The notes under the pieces were generated by a model. That model saw nothing but the letters and a program-made list of their open reading frames with translations, did not search any database and was not told the DNA's origin. 64,000 nucleotides of DNA from contig CATOSP010000001.1 in assembly GCA_951812625.1 (NCBI GenBank), positions 136,065 through 200,064 of the forward strand. Direction: 5' to 3'. Positions within the stretch are counted from its first letter, which is position 1; each line of letters begins with the position of its first letter. Made by a program: the position numbers and the translations under genes. Positions 1 through 9,646 of this stretch are shown piece after piece. The stretch is from an uncultured Dehalococcoidia bacterium. GTDB lineage: Bacteria > Chloroflexota > Dehalococcoidia > Lucifugimonadales > UBA3495.

Positions 1-688
1 TTATGGCCATCACATGCGGAATCTCCTCACGCTCCAGCCACAACCGCAGGTTGCGGTCGCTGCCGTAGACCTCGTCCCCGGTGAACCAGGCGAAGGGAAC
101 ACCCGATTCCAGCGCCCGTTCCAGCATCACCTGAGCCTGCTGCGGTTTGGTCCGAAAGCGGATGCTCTCCGGCACCCCGGCCTCGCGCCGTCTTTCCCGG
201 TCATCAGCCCACACCCGGGGCAGGTACAACTCCCGGTCCAGCAGCGTTCTCCCCTTGGCCGACGCATAGGCCAGGAATACCCCGATCTGAGAGTTTTCGA
301 TTCGCCCCGCCGTGCCGCTGTACTGGCGCTGCACCCCAACCGATTTCTCCCCTTTCTTGATGAATCCGGTCTCGTCCACCACCAGAACCGCATCGCCGTC
401 GCCCAGATGTTCGATCACGTACTGCCTCAGATCATCCCGGACCAGGTCCGCGTCCCAGACGTAACCGGACAGCAGGCGCTGCACCCCGTAGGGAGTGGAG
501 TCGCCCGCCTGCTCCGCCAGTTGCCAGCCGTTCTTGCGTTCCACCGGGCTGAGCAACCCCTTCAGATATTCCAGGGCCCGCCTGCGCGGCTCCGGCCGCC
601 GGAACCTGCCTGCGATGCACTGGTGTACCCGCTCAATGCCATCGGCCCACCGGGCGACCTCCGCCACCTCGTCTCTCCCAACCACCAC
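1..688 (-). CDS. IS701-family DDE transposase, N-terminal part (partial)
   Basis: Reverse frame from GTG at 688 reads [11 protein letters not shown]..., colinear with the 392-aa ORFs 3547-4725 and 20603-21781. Truncated by the window edge. Confidence 0.85.
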   Translation of the reverse strand, partial: MVVGRDEVAEVARWADGIERVHQCIAGRFRRPEPRRRALEYLKGLLSPVERKNGWQLAEQAGDSTPYGVQRLLSGYVWDADLVRDDLRQYVIEHLGDGDAVLVVDETGFIKKGEKSVGVQRQYSGTAGRIENSQIGVFLAYASAKGRTLLDRELYLPRVWADDRERRREAGVPESIRFRTKPQQAQVMLERALESGVPFAWFTGDEVYGSDRNLRLWLEREEIPHVMAI

Positions 689-753
689 TACGCCACCTCA
701 ACACTCCTTTGGTTCCCTGAAATTCTATCCCTTTTTGATCTGCAACTGTAGTG
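1..753 (-). mobile_element. IS701-family insertion sequence, copy 1 (cut off by window start)
   Basis: Positions 1-753 are colinear with the complete 1410-bp copies at 3381-4790 and 20437-21846. It has the same terminus GATCTGCAACTGTAGTG (737-753). This is followed by CTAA (754-757), the CTAR tetranucleotide duplicated around the complete copies. Confidence 0.85.
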
Positions 754-826
754 CTAAAGGGTGTCGTGAAAACAATGAGAGGGTGGTAAATTGCTGGAAA
801 CGGGGAGAGTGTGGGAGGTGGGGAGT

Positions 827-1201
827 ATGACGGCAGCGCACCGGCGCCACGATATGGCTGATGATGTTTGGGAGAGGCTGAGGCCGTACCTACCCGTGGG
901 AGAGGGCAAGAGAGGCCGGCCGTCCCATGACAACCGGCGGTTTATCGACGCCGTGTGCTGGATACTGCGCACCGGCGCTCCCTGGCGAGATTTACCCCCG
1001 GACTACGGAGACTGGAAGAACACCCATCGCCGCTTCTGCCGCTGGCGGGACCGGGGCGTGTGGGCCGGACTGTTGGAGGCAGTGATGGATGACCCCGATT
1101 TCGAGTGGCTGATGATTGATTCCAGCTACATCAAGGCCCATCCCCACAGTGCCGGGGCCCGGGGCGGAAACCAGGCCATAGCCCGCACAAAAGGGGGCTG
1201 A
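827..1201 (+). CDS. IS5-family transposase OrfA (N-terminal DNA-binding part)
   Basis: ATG 827 preceded by GGAGG. Motifs WERLRPYLP...GRPSHDNRRFIDAVCWILRTGAPWRDLP...RRFCRWRDRGVW are typical of IS5/IS427-group OrfA. Confidence 0.8.
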   Translation: MTAAHRRHDMADDVWERLRPYLPVGEGKRGRPSHDNRRFIDAVCWILRTGAPWRDLPPDYGDWKNTHRRFCRWRDRGVWAGLLEAVMDDPDFEWLMIDSSYIKAHPHSAGARGGNQAIARTKGG

Positions 1202-1590
1202 ACAGCAAGCTGCACCTGGCAGTGGACTCCCACGGAATGCCGGTACGGCTGGCGGTGACCGAAGGCACGTCGGCCGGCTGCTCCCAGGCGTTAACCCTGA
1301 TTGAAGGGATTGAGGCAGAGTGCCTGCTGGCGGATAAAGCCTATGACACCAACGAAATCATAGCCGCTGCCACGGAGTTGGGAATGGAGCCGGTGATACC
1401 GCCCAAGAGCAACCGGAAGGAGAAGCGGGACTATGACCGGGCGCTGTACAGGTTGCGGCACTTGGTGGAGAACGGTTTCCTGGAATTCAAGCAGTGGCGC
1501 GGGGTGGCGACCCGTTATGCCAAGAGAACGGCGTCATACCTGGCAGCCTGTCAACTCCGGGCAGTGATGATCTGGAGCAAACTCTTTTGA
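1198..1590 (+). CDS. IS5-family transposase OrfB (DDE part), reached by a -1 frameshift
   Basis: In the -1 frame relative to OrfA, with an A AAA GGG run at 1189-1195. The shifted reading ..TKG/LNSKLHLAVDSHGMP.. is colinear with single-ORF IS5 transposases. C-terminal motif: NGFLEFKQWRGVATRYAKR. Confidence 0.7.
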   Translation: MNSKLHLAVDSHGMPVRLAVTEGTSAGCSQALTLIEGIEAECLLADKAYDTNEIIAAATELGMEPVIPPKSNRKEKRDYDRALYRLRHLVENGFLEFKQWRGVATRYAKRTASYLAACQLRAVMIWSKLF

Positions 1591-1872
1591 CGACACCCCA
1601 TAAACTAAAGCCAAGATGGGATGTGCATTTTCAAGTCTTGGGGAATCGGGCCGGTGGTTTCGCGGGAGCCTCTCAGACCTTGATTGCCGGACGGTCCGGC
1701 AGCGCCGTTTGACCTCATCTCTCCGGCTGGACAGACCGCTGAGGAAGTTATTGATTCTATCCTGCACCGTCGCGGTCAGCCAACCGGAGACCGCCGCGCA
1801 GAACGCGTCAGAGACCGCGAGCGGCAGCGCCAGTATTCGCAGTACACAATGGACACGAAAAACTCAAGTCTT

Positions 1873-1901
1873 CTTGGGTGGCCGGTCTGAAGGCCACCAA
1901 G
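1873..1901 (-). terminator. Hairpin downstream of the PrpD-family gene
   Basis: CTTGGGTGGCC / GGCCACCAAG stem 11 nt after the stop at 1912. A T-run follows on the minus strand. Confidence 0.4.
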
Positions 1902-1911
1902 CAAAGGCAGA

Positions 1912-3303
1912 CTACCCTTGCTTCAAAGTGAGCTGAATGAGCCTGTCGGCCCGGTCCTGGCGCTCAAGGTCGCGGCAGGTCGCGATGATATCATCGAACT
2001 GCGCCGCTGGGACCGGCAGACCCGGGATAACGTCGAGAATCCTGTGCGCCTCCTCGTCGAAGTCCCACATAAATTCGCGCCCAGTGGCCTGCTTCGTGTA
2101 ACTCTTGCCGTCTCTGGTGTAGATCGTGATGCGCGGTCCGAAGAGGGTCATCTCATGCGACGGGATGAGCGTCACCCGATGCATTAGTTCCAGAACCTCC
2201 GGGGGGTCGTTGGCGTCACTCCGCTCGCTCGGTAGCACCGGGAAGCCACGCTGGACAACGCCGTAGGCAGTGTAGTAAGGCGTGCTTCCCGGCTGCGGGG
2301 CCGCGTCTTCCCGCCGGCTCGGGAAGGCCGGGCTGGGATACTGGGTCTCGAGCCAGTTCACCACGGCCTCGACGCGCTCGACATCCTCATATCGGATGTT
2401 GTGCTCGGCACAGAGCTGCGCCGTGACGTCGACATGGGCAATATTGTACCCGGCTGTCGAGTAGATGCGGTAGAGCGTCTCGAGGAACATCCACTCCTGC
2501 CCCAGCTCGGTGGTGATTTCGTCCAGGCTGGTCTGGGTCGCGCCGACAAAGCTGTAGGTGAGCCGACCTTGGTTGTTGCCCGCGTAGGCGTGATAGAATC
2601 CCGCGTCGCCTTCCAGGACGGTCTCGCCGCCCACGTGTCCCTGATGCGCCAGCGCTACTGCCAGCATAGCGTTGCGTACCGCGGCCCCCTCGCGCAGGGC
2701 GCGGCCGCCGCTCCGAGGCCCTTCGAGATTACCTGCCGCCAGGTGCGCGCAGAGCGCGATGGTGCTATTCACCTGATCCTCAGTAAAGTTCAGGATTTTG
2801 GCGGCAGCGACGGCTGGGCCAAATATGCCAAACACCGGCCCAGCGTGAAAGCCCCGCGCCATCACCGTCGGAATGAAGTCCGCCGCCATCCGCTCCATGA
2901 CCTCGTAACCGGCGGCAAGACCGGTGAGGAAATCCCGGCCGGAGGCGCCGGCGGTTTCCGCAGCCACAAAGGCCCCCGGGAGGATGCTGGTGCCCGGATG
3001 AGTGAGCATGCGGAAGGAATCCAGCTTGCCGCCCGCCATGGCCATCTCCGCGTTGCTGAAGGCGGCTCCGCCCTTGGTCACCCTGGTGCCGTCCACCATG
3101 ATGGTGGCGCCGTGGCCCACACCAGATTCTTCCGCGGTTATGAGCTGCACGGCCTGCTGGCCTCCCGGCGCCTGAGATCCGAGGAGCACGGAGGCGAGAC
3201 TGTGAAGCGTGACGCCCTTGGCGCGATCGACCACCGCGGGCGGGAGATCGTCATAGCGCAGCCCTACGACCCACTGCGCAAGTTGCCGGCTGAGAGATGC
3301 CAT
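1912..3303 (-). CDS. MmgE/PrpD-family protein (2-methylcitrate dehydratase-like)
   Basis: 463-aa ORF. The N-terminus LAQWVVGLRYDDLPPAVVDRAKGVTLHSLA and overall length are typical of the MmgE/PrpD family. Confidence 0.8.
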   Translation of the reverse strand: MASLSRQLAQWVVGLRYDDLPPAVVDRAKGVTLHSLASVLLGSQAPGGQQAVQLITAEESGVGHGATIMVDGTRVTKGGAAFSNAEMAMAGGKLDSFRMLTHPGTSILPGAFVAAETAGASGRDFLTGLAAGYEVMERMAADFIPTVMARGFHAGPVFGIFGPAVAAAKILNFTEDQVNSTIALCAHLAAGNLEGPRSGGRALREGAAVRNAMLAVALAHQGHVGGETVLEGDAGFYHAYAGNNQGRLTYSFVGATQTSLDEITTELGQEWMFLETLYRIYSTAGYNIAHVDVTAQLCAEHNIRYEDVERVEAVVNWLETQYPSPAFPSRREDAAPQPGSTPYYTAYGVVQRGFPVLPSERSDANDPPEVLELMHRVTLIPSHEMTLFGPRITIYTRDGKSYTKQATGREFMWDFDEEAHRILDVIPGLPVPAAQFDDIIATCRDLERQDRADRLIQLTLKQG

Positions 3304-3380
3304 TCTTGCCTCCGCTATGCTGCTTAAGTTTTGCCGCTCGTCTGGGAAATTTGCTAGCCAGGAAATATCAGATGGCCTAG

Positions 3381-4790
3381 TACTACAGTTGCAGATGTGA
3401 TAGGCGCGTTTTGTAGTGGCATTGTTTGGCTTGGGCTTGGTGGCGCCGTCTCCACCACGACCAGTACAGGATGAAATCGGGCAGTTGGCTTTCTGTCCAT
3501 ACCAGGCGTGTCAGCAGCCGTCGCACCTCGGGGACAGTCACGGGAATCAGCTCCTCACCGGGGCCGTAGTGACCCCCTTTTCTCCCTGTTCCGCCGCCTG
3601 ATTTCTGATCACCGCCAGATAGGCGTGGGCCAGCATCGCCAGCGTGATGTGCCGGTACCAGCCATCCCACCGCCGTACCTCGTACTGGTCCAGGCCCACC
3701 TGACCCTTGGCCTCCTCAAAACATTCCTCTATGGTCCAGCGTCTCCCGGCGACTCTCACCAGTTCCTCCAGGGCCGTTCCCGACGGGCCATAACAGACGT
3801 AATAGGCCAGTTCCTCCGGGTTGGCCACGCTACGGCGAGCCAGCAGCCAGTAGCCCTTGCCGGGTTCTCCCAGGGGCCGTATTTCCACCGCGGCCCAGTC
3901 GTAGACCCGGGGACCCTTGGCCCCGTCGCCGGCGCTGCACCTGACCCATTCCGATTCCGCGACCTGCGATGCCAGCCGGTCCGTCCTCACCTGTAGCGGT
4001 CCCCTGTCCGTCAAAGCCCACAGCTTCTCGTTGCTCTTTATGGCCATCACATGCGGAATCTCCTTGCGTTCCAGCCACAACCGCAGGTTGCGGTCGCTGC
4101 CGTAGACCTCGTCCCCGGTGAACCAGGCGAAGGGAACACCCGATTCCAGCGCCCGTTCCAGCATCACCTGAGCCTGCTCCGGTTTGGTCCGAAAGCGGAT
4201 GCTCTCCGGCACCCCGGCCTCGCGTCTGCGTGCCCAGTCATCAGCCCACACCCGGGGCAGGTACAACTCCCGGTCCAGCAGCGTCCTGCCCTTGGCCGAC
4301 GCATAGGCCAGGAATACCCCAATCTGAGAGTTCCCGGTCCGCCCCGCCGTGCCGCTGTACTGGCGCTGCACCCCAACCGATTTCTCCCCTTTCTTGATGA
4401 ATCCGGTCTCGTCCACCACCAGAACCGCATCTCCGTGGCCCAGATGTTCGATCACGTACTGCTTCAGATCATCCCGGACCAGGTCCGCGTCCCAGACGTA
4501 ACCGGACAGCAGGCGCTGCACCCCGTAGGGAGTGGAGTCGCCCGCACGCTCCGCCAGTTGCCAGCCGTTCTTGCGTTCCACCGGGCTGAGCAACCCCTTC
4601 AGATATTCCAGGGCCCGCCTGCGCGGCTCCGGCCGCCCGAACCTGCCTGCGATGCACTGGTGTACCCGCTCAATGCCCTCGGCCCACCGGGCGACCTCCG
4701 TTACCTCGTCTCTCCCAAGCACCACTGCCTCACCTCAACACTCCTTTGGTTCCCTGAAATTCTATCCCTTTTTGATCTGCAACTGTAGTG
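3381..4790 (-). mobile_element. IS701-family insertion sequence, copy 2 (complete)
   Basis: 1410 bp. Terminal inverted repeats TACTACAGTTGCAGAT (3381-3396) and ATCTGCAACTGTAGTG (4775-4790). Flanked by the direct repeat CTAG (3377-3380 and 4791-4794). Confidence 0.9.
3547..4725 (-). CDS. IS701-family DDE transposase
   Basis: 392 aa. Motifs [37 protein letters not shown] and WFTGDEVYG are characteristic of IS701/SRSO17-type transposases. Confidence 0.9.
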   Translation of the reverse strand: MVLGRDEVTEVARWAEGIERVHQCIAGRFGRPEPRRRALEYLKGLLSPVERKNGWQLAERAGDSTPYGVQRLLSGYVWDADLVRDDLKQYVIEHLGHGDAVLVVDETGFIKKGEKSVGVQRQYSGTAGRTGNSQIGVFLAYASAKGRTLLDRELYLPRVWADDWARRREAGVPESIRFRTKPEQAQVMLERALESGVPFAWFTGDEVYGSDRNLRLWLERKEIPHVMAIKSNEKLWALTDRGPLQVRTDRLASQVAESEWVRCSAGDGAKGPRVYDWAAVEIRPLGEPGKGYWLLARRSVANPEELAYYVCYGPSGTALEELVRVAGRRWTIEECFEEAKGQVGLDQYEVRRWDGWYRHITLAMLAHAYLAVIRNQAAEQGEKGVTTAPVRS

Positions 4791-5025
4791 CTAGCCTGTC
4801 CTCGCGGAGATGGGCAGTGCGCGCGTCTCCATTAGTCTGGCCGGAACGTCGCATTCTGCGAATCTGTTTGGGCGGGACGTGAATACGAATAACGTCTCAT
4901 TTTCCAAGTGATTTGCTGACTTTCGTATCTGCTGTTTCTTCCCTGTCCAGTTCCAAGTCTCTCCAGTGGTCTGATTTGCCTTTGTATCATACCAATTATT
5001 GATATAAGTCAGCTTTCAACATCTC

Positions 5026-5054
5026 TTGACATGATAGAAGGGGTGCTCTATCAT
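5026..5054 (+). promoter_or_regulatory. Sigma-70-like promoter with embedded inverted repeat
   Basis: TTGACA (5026-5031), 17-nt spacer, TATCAT (5049-5054). The spacer holds the inverted repeat TGATAGA..TCTATCA. It lies in an AT-rich stretch upstream of ORF 5160-5483. Confidence 0.5.
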
Positions 5055-5159
5055 ATATACAGATGATTACTAGATGTCAGTATCTCTGTACATAATGTGC
5101 GAGTTCGAGCACCGGACGAGTAAGCATCGTAGATGTAGCGCTATCGCGCAGGAGGAGAC

Positions 5160-5483
5160 TTGGTAACCGCAACGAGACCCACCCATCGCCTACCCACCAA
5201 CGTGGTCAGGGGGCCGGAAAGCGCACCCGCCGCCGAGGTAATCCCGGCATCGGTCGAGACGATTGATTGGGACAAGGAACTGGCCCATCTGGTCCAGACA
5301 CCCGCAGTCGAGCAGCCCATGCCCGTCAAGCGAGATCCCGTGACCATGGTGGTCCATGTCCTAGAAGACTTCTGGAAGTCCATCAAGGGCCCTGCAATGA
5401 GCCAGAGAGAGAGGACCCGCCAGGAGATTCAAGAGAACCGGGACGTGAAGTACCTGTCCATGACAGTCACCCGGTTCGTCTAG
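5160..5483 (+). CDS. Hypothetical protein (107 aa)
   Basis: TTG start 7 nt after AGGAGG, downstream of the promoter at 5026-5054. I recognise no family. Confidence 0.4.
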   Translation: MVTATRPTHRLPTNVVRGPESAPAAEVIPASVETIDWDKELAHLVQTPAVEQPMPVKRDPVTMVVHVLEDFWKSIKGPAMSQRERTRQEIQENRDVKYLSMTVTRFV

Positions 5484-5564
5484 CCACTACAGCATAACAA
5501 CGGCTATCCAACTGCAACAAAGGCCAGGAACAACGCCCGCCGCTCGCGCCACGGACATAGTGAG

Positions 5565-6524
5565 CTAGAAGGGCAGTTCTTGGCCTATTCCTTGCTCAAC
5601 CGCCTTCCGGTAGACCAACTGGGCGGCGGCGATGTCTTCCAGCGCCACTCCCATTGACTCGAACAGGGTGAGGGACTCCACAGACGGCCTCCCTTGTACC
5701 CTGCCCGCCACCACGTCCTGCAACTCATGGGCCATGTCCCAGCGGAACGTTCCCCTGGCCTCTGGCCACATCAGGTCTCCGCACTCGATTTTGGCCTGAT
5801 CAAGGTCATCCACCACTATCACGTCGGCTCCGGTCACCGTGGCCTCGTCGATTTCCCGCCTCATCCAGTGATTGCCCCCGGCGGCATTGACATGCGCTCC
5901 TTGCCCCAGCCATTCGGCTTGCAAAACCGGGTCCCTCGCCGAGGTAATCACAGCGGCGATGTCCACGCCGGCCACGCAGTCCTGGGCGCTTTCCACCGGC
6001 GTAATTTCCAACTCCAGCCGCTCCCCGCTGCGGCGGGCGAACTCCTCCCGCCGCTCCTGCCTACGGCTGAAGACCCTCACTTCCCGCAGATCGCGGACCG
6101 CGGCTATCGCTTCCAACTGGGTGCGGGCCTGAAAGCCGGTCCCGATTAGGCCGAGGGTCGCGGCGTCCTGCCTGGCCATGTAATCGGTGGCCAGACCGCT
6201 GGCGGCCCCGGTGCGTATCTGGCCCAGCCTGCCCGCTTCCATGCAGGACAGCAGTTGGCCAGTTTCGTAGTCGTAGAGCATGACCATCATCTTGCTGCCG
6301 CCCGGCCCGGCGAAGGACGGGTATGCCTTGAAGCCGAAGACTTTGTGCTCCGCGTCGGCGGCGGACATGAAGTGAAAGAACCCGCCGGGCATCCGGATGC
6401 GGGAACGGGGCTTTACATCCGTCGCGCCCGCACCAGCGTGGGCGAACGACTCTTCGAGCGCGCCGATGCACTCCTTCATCGGTAGTAGCTCAGTCACCTG
6501 TTGCTCGTTAAGGAATAGCGCCAT
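5565..6524 (-). CDS. Ornithine cyclodeaminase / mu-crystallin family protein
   Basis: Start taken at ATG 6524 (MALFLNEQQVTELLPMKECI...), preceded by AGGAGG. Contains the GLIGTGFQARTQLEA Rossmann motif. The ORF-track extension to 7097 overlaps the divergent gene and is rejected. Confidence 0.8.
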   Translation of the reverse strand: MALFLNEQQVTELLPMKECIGALEESFAHAGAGATDVKPRSRIRMPGGFFHFMSAADAEHKVFGFKAYPSFAGPGGSKMMVMLYDYETGQLLSCMEAGRLGQIRTGAASGLATDYMARQDAATLGLIGTGFQARTQLEAIAAVRDLREVRVFSRRQERREEFARRSGERLELEITPVESAQDCVAGVDIAAVITSARDPVLQAEWLGQGAHVNAAGGNHWMRREIDEATVTGADVIVVDDLDQAKIECGDLMWPEARGTFRWDMAHELQDVVAGRVQGRPSVESLTLFESMGVALEDIAAAQLVYRKAVEQGIGQELPF

Positions 6525-6675
6525 GCAGTCCTCCTGTAGATGCTGGGCAGTCACCAGAGTATACCACCGCACCGGTGCAGCCCGGCGGTATGGAAAACGG
6601 CGTGGCCCGTAGATACAATGGCGGCACTCCCTGAAAGTACCGCACGGGCACATTCCATGGTTAGGAGGCTCTCCC

Positions 6676-7674
6676 GTGACATCACCCCGTTCAAGGGTGT
6701 TCGTGACCCGCAGAATATTTCCCGAAGCCGAAGACCTGATCTCAGACGCGGCAGAGATGGAGGTCTGGCCGGACGAAAGTCCTCCCTCCCCGGAGATGCT
6801 TCGGGAGAAGATAGCAGGGGTTGATGGCGTCCTGACCAACATTATGGACCGGGTGGACGCCGGCCTTTTGCAGGCGGCGGGAAGACTCAAGGTCGTAAGC
6901 CAGTTGGGTGTCGGCGTGGACAACGTGGATGTGGCGGAGGCGACACAGCGAGGAGTGCTCGTGGGAAATACACCCGGAGTGCTCGCCAAGGCCACAGCGG
7001 ACATCGGGTTTGCATTGCTGATGTCGGCGGCACGCCGGGTCGGCGAGAGCGAACGCTGGCTCCGGGGCGGCAATTGGAGGATACAGTACCACCCCATGTT
7101 CTGGCTGGGGCAGGATATTCATGGCTCGACCCTTGGTATCATCGGCATGGGACAGATAGGCTTGGAGATGGCCAGGCGTGCCCGGGGATTCGACATGCGG
7201 GTGCTGTACTATTCCCGTACCCGGAAACCAGACGTGGAGGCGGAACTGAGCACGGAATTCGTTGGACTGGACCGCTTGCTGGCCGAGTCGGATTTCGTGT
7301 CATTGCACGTGCCTTTGACCCCGGAGACGCGCCACTTCATTGGCGAGCAGGAACTGCGCCAGATGAAGCCGTCGGCGATTCTGATCAACGTGGCTCGCGG
7401 CGCGGTGGTGGACCAGACCGCCCTCTATTCGGCGTTGAAGGACGGTTTGATAAGGGCGGCGGGAATCGACGTCACCGACCCGGAGCCTATACCAACCGGG
7501 GACCCGCTACTAACCCTGGACAACCTGGTAGTGACGCCGCACATCGGAAGCGCATCGATGGACGCCCGGCGGGAAACATGCCTGCTGGCCGCGAGGAACC
7601 TGGTCGCCGGGATAGAGGGAAGGCGGCTGGACGCTTGCGCCAATCCGCAGATCTATAACGCGCTGGGGATCTGA
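6676..7674 (+). CDS. D-isomer-specific 2-hydroxyacid dehydrogenase (glyoxylate/hydroxypyruvate reductase-like)
   Basis: GTG start after AGGAGG. Motifs GIIGMGQIGLEMARRA (NAD binding) and NVARGAVVD...TPHIGSAS (catalytic R/E/H region). Confidence 0.85.
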   Translation: MTSPRSRVFVTRRIFPEAEDLISDAAEMEVWPDESPPSPEMLREKIAGVDGVLTNIMDRVDAGLLQAAGRLKVVSQLGVGVDNVDVAEATQRGVLVGNTPGVLAKATADIGFALLMSAARRVGESERWLRGGNWRIQYHPMFWLGQDIHGSTLGIIGMGQIGLEMARRARGFDMRVLYYSRTRKPDVEAELSTEFVGLDRLLAESDFVSLHVPLTPETRHFIGEQELRQMKPSAILINVARGAVVDQTALYSALKDGLIRAAGIDVTDPEPIPTGDPLLTLDNLVVTPHIGSASMDARRETCLLAARNLVAGIEGRRLDACANPQIYNALGI

Positions 7675-7748
7675 GGCGGCGCCATACCCATTCGAAGTCC
7701 CCGAAGCGCGTTTCCCGCAGAGTGCTACGTGATGGAATAACGCGGGTT

Positions 7749-8423
7749 CTAACCCAGGTCCGGCGTGTCATCAAGAAGACCGCTTCGCACGGCCCAGACC
7801 ACCAGGTCCTGTTTGGACTTCGCACCCAGTTTGTTCTGAATGCCGTATATCGCGTTACGGATGGTCAGGGGGCTTCTGCCGCTGATCTCGGCGATTTCCG
7901 AGTACGACTTCCCCCGCGCAAACAAACTTAGTATCGCTTGCTCACGTGCGGTCAACTGGTTTGGAGCAGGGGGGTTGCTTCGCACCAATGTGGAGCGTAT
8001 TCCTTCGAATACCCGCTTTACTACCTCACTGGGGATGCGAAACTCTCCTTCGACCACGTCCCTCACAGTGGAGATCAGCTTGTCCCTTCCTGAGTATTTC
8101 TGAAGATACCCCGTCGCGCCTGCGGCCACTGCATCGATTACTGCATCCTCTTCAGTCGCGGCAGTCAGCATAAGCACACGGGTGCCCGGCAATTCCTCCC
8201 GGATCTCCCGGCAGGCGTCGATGCCGTCTTTTACCGGCATCATTACGTCCATTATTATTACGTCGGGCTTTAGAGTCTGGGCCATTTCAACGGCCTGTTG
8301 ACCGTCCCCGGCGTGCCCCACCACGTCAAAGCCGCCCGCCCGTTCCAGCACTTCCTGCAGGCCATCCCGGACGATCGTGTGATCATCCGCAATCATTACC
8401 TTGGTATTCGTGGTCGAAGTCAA
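7749..8423 (-). CDS. NarL/LuxR-family response regulator
   Basis: REC domain (IADDH...IIMDVMMP...LTAA...) followed by a LuxR-type HTH (LTAREQAILSLFARGKSYSEIAEISGRSPLTIRNAI). Confidence 0.9.
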   Translation of the reverse strand: MTSTTNTKVMIADDHTIVRDGLQEVLERAGGFDVVGHAGDGQQAVEMAQTLKPDVIIMDVMMPVKDGIDACREIREELPGTRVLMLTAATEEDAVIDAVAAGATGYLQKYSGRDKLISTVRDVVEGEFRIPSEVVKRVFEGIRSTLVRSNPPAPNQLTAREQAILSLFARGKSYSEIAEISGRSPLTIRNAIYGIQNKLGAKSKQDLVVWAVRSGLLDDTPDLG

Positions 8424-9646
8424 CTCAGCGGCCTCCTGGCTTCCCCATCATACGGAATGATACATCTTACCGTCGTGCCCATTCCAGGCCCTCCCGATTC
8501 CACCTCCAGTTTGCCGCCCATGCGCTCGGTGTCCGAGCGCATGTTTCTGAAGCCGTGGCCCCGGTCGGAGTAGTCCTGGGGAAGGCCAACCCCGTCATCC
8601 GACACCGACAATCGAAGATCGCTGGCGCCGAATTCCAGCATGATTGTAACCTTGCCGGCGCGGGAGTGTCGAAAGGCGTTGGTCATCGCATTGTGAGCTA
8701 TGGAGAAGACCAGGCGCTTGACGAAAGTAGATAGGCTCGGTTCCACACCGTTCTGCACAACCTCAGCAGGGACCGAGGTTATGGTAGTGAAAGTGCCTGC
8801 GTGGGACCTGAGCACGTGGGCCAACTCCCTTCCCTCAAATATGAGACCAACGTCTATGGGATGCCTTAACTCCCACATGGCTGATTGGGAAAGGGACCTC
8901 GTGGCTTCCAGGCTTGCAATCAATTCCTGGTTGGACTTATCTGCGATTTCTATGGCGCTCTCGATGCCCAGCCCAATCATGTAAGCGGATTGGGCGGTAG
9001 TGTCGTGTATAGCCTGTGATAGCTCAATGCGTTCCCGCTGGAGCTCCTGTTCCCGTTGAACGGCCTCTGTCCTCCTGATTCGCTCGAACCTAGAGACTAG
9101 AGTGACGGCTCCCACCACGGCGTACATGACGATTACCCTGCCAAACAGGACTTTCTCGTCCACAGATTCTAAATTGATACCTGACCCGACTGTCAGACTC
9201 ACCAAGGTATAAGCCGTGGCTACGACCGTCACCCAAATGAAGCTGAACCAGAGGGATGTGAAGACGACAGCGAACATGGCCAATGCCGGGTAGTAAATCA
9301 AGAATGCAAAGAATTGGAATCCACCCCCTATGGCGACAGTGGAAGTTATAAGGACCATATCCACCGCGCTGAGACCGAGCAGCCACTGCCATGTCACATT
9401 ATTTTTGAACTTGAGCCGGTAGTGAACATACCCATTGCACATCGCCAGCAGTGCGAGGAACGATACGTACGGTATATGCGTAAAATAGGCGAACATCGGA
9501 CGGTAGACTAACTCCACGAAGCAAACAAGCCATATGGTCCAACGTCCCCAGATCCAGATCGTTGCCGGGTACCGCAGCTCCTCAGGGTCAGGCCTCTCGA
9601 ACTGCCATGGAAGACCCAGAAACTTGTATGTTGGAGAGTTAAACAA
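8420..9646 (-). CDS. Membrane sensor histidine kinase (HisKA_3 / NarX-type)
   Basis: Multi-TM N-terminus. H-box LSQAIHDTTAQS; ATPase motifs AHNAMTNAFRHS, VSDDGVGLP and GHGFRNM. It overlaps the regulator gene by 4 nt. TTG start after GAGGA; the start is not certain. Confidence 0.85.
   Translation of the reverse strand: MFNSPTYKFLGLPWQFERPDPEELRYPATIWIWGRWTIWLVCFVELVYRPMFAYFTHIPYVSFLALLAMCNGYVHYRLKFKNNVTWQWLLGLSAVDMVLITSTVAIGGGFQFFAFLIYYPALAMFAVVFTSLWFSFIWVTVVATAYTLVSLTVGSGINLESVDEKVLFGRVIVMYAVVGAVTLVSRFERIRRTEAVQREQELQRERIELSQAIHDTTAQSAYMIGLGIESAIEIADKSNQELIASLEATRSLSQSAMWELRHPIDVGLIFEGRELAHVLRSHAGTFTTITSVPAEVVQNGVEPSLSTFVKRLVFSIAHNAMTNAFRHSRAGKVTIMLEFGASDLRLSVSDDGVGLPQDYSDRGHGFRNMRSDTERMGGKLEVESGGPGMGTTVRCIIPYDGEARRPLS

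Larger units (their letters stand above)
759..1598 (+). mobile_element. IS5-family (IS427/IS1031-like) insertion sequence
   Basis: Imperfect terminal inverted repeats GGGTGTCGTGAAAA (759-772) and TTTTGACGACACCC (1585-1598). Two overlapping transposase ORFs lie inside. It sits directly against the end of IS701 copy 1. Confidence 0.7.

Noticed and set aside
14-751. 245-aa plus-strand ORFs inside all three IS701 copies (14-751, 4051-4788 and 21107-21844), conserved between copies
   Set aside because: They are exactly antisense to the transposase genes, are Pro/Arg/Gly-rich, and have no RBS. They are conserved only because the IS copies are. This is a typical high-GC antisense artefact.
6525-7097. 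N-terminal 190-aa extension of the cyclodeaminase ORF (ORF track 5565-7097)
   Set aside because: The extension overlaps the divergent dehydrogenase gene and has low-complexity Ser/Thr/Pro/Arg composition. The family-typical N-terminus MALFLNEQQV starts at ATG 6524 with an AGGAGG RBS.
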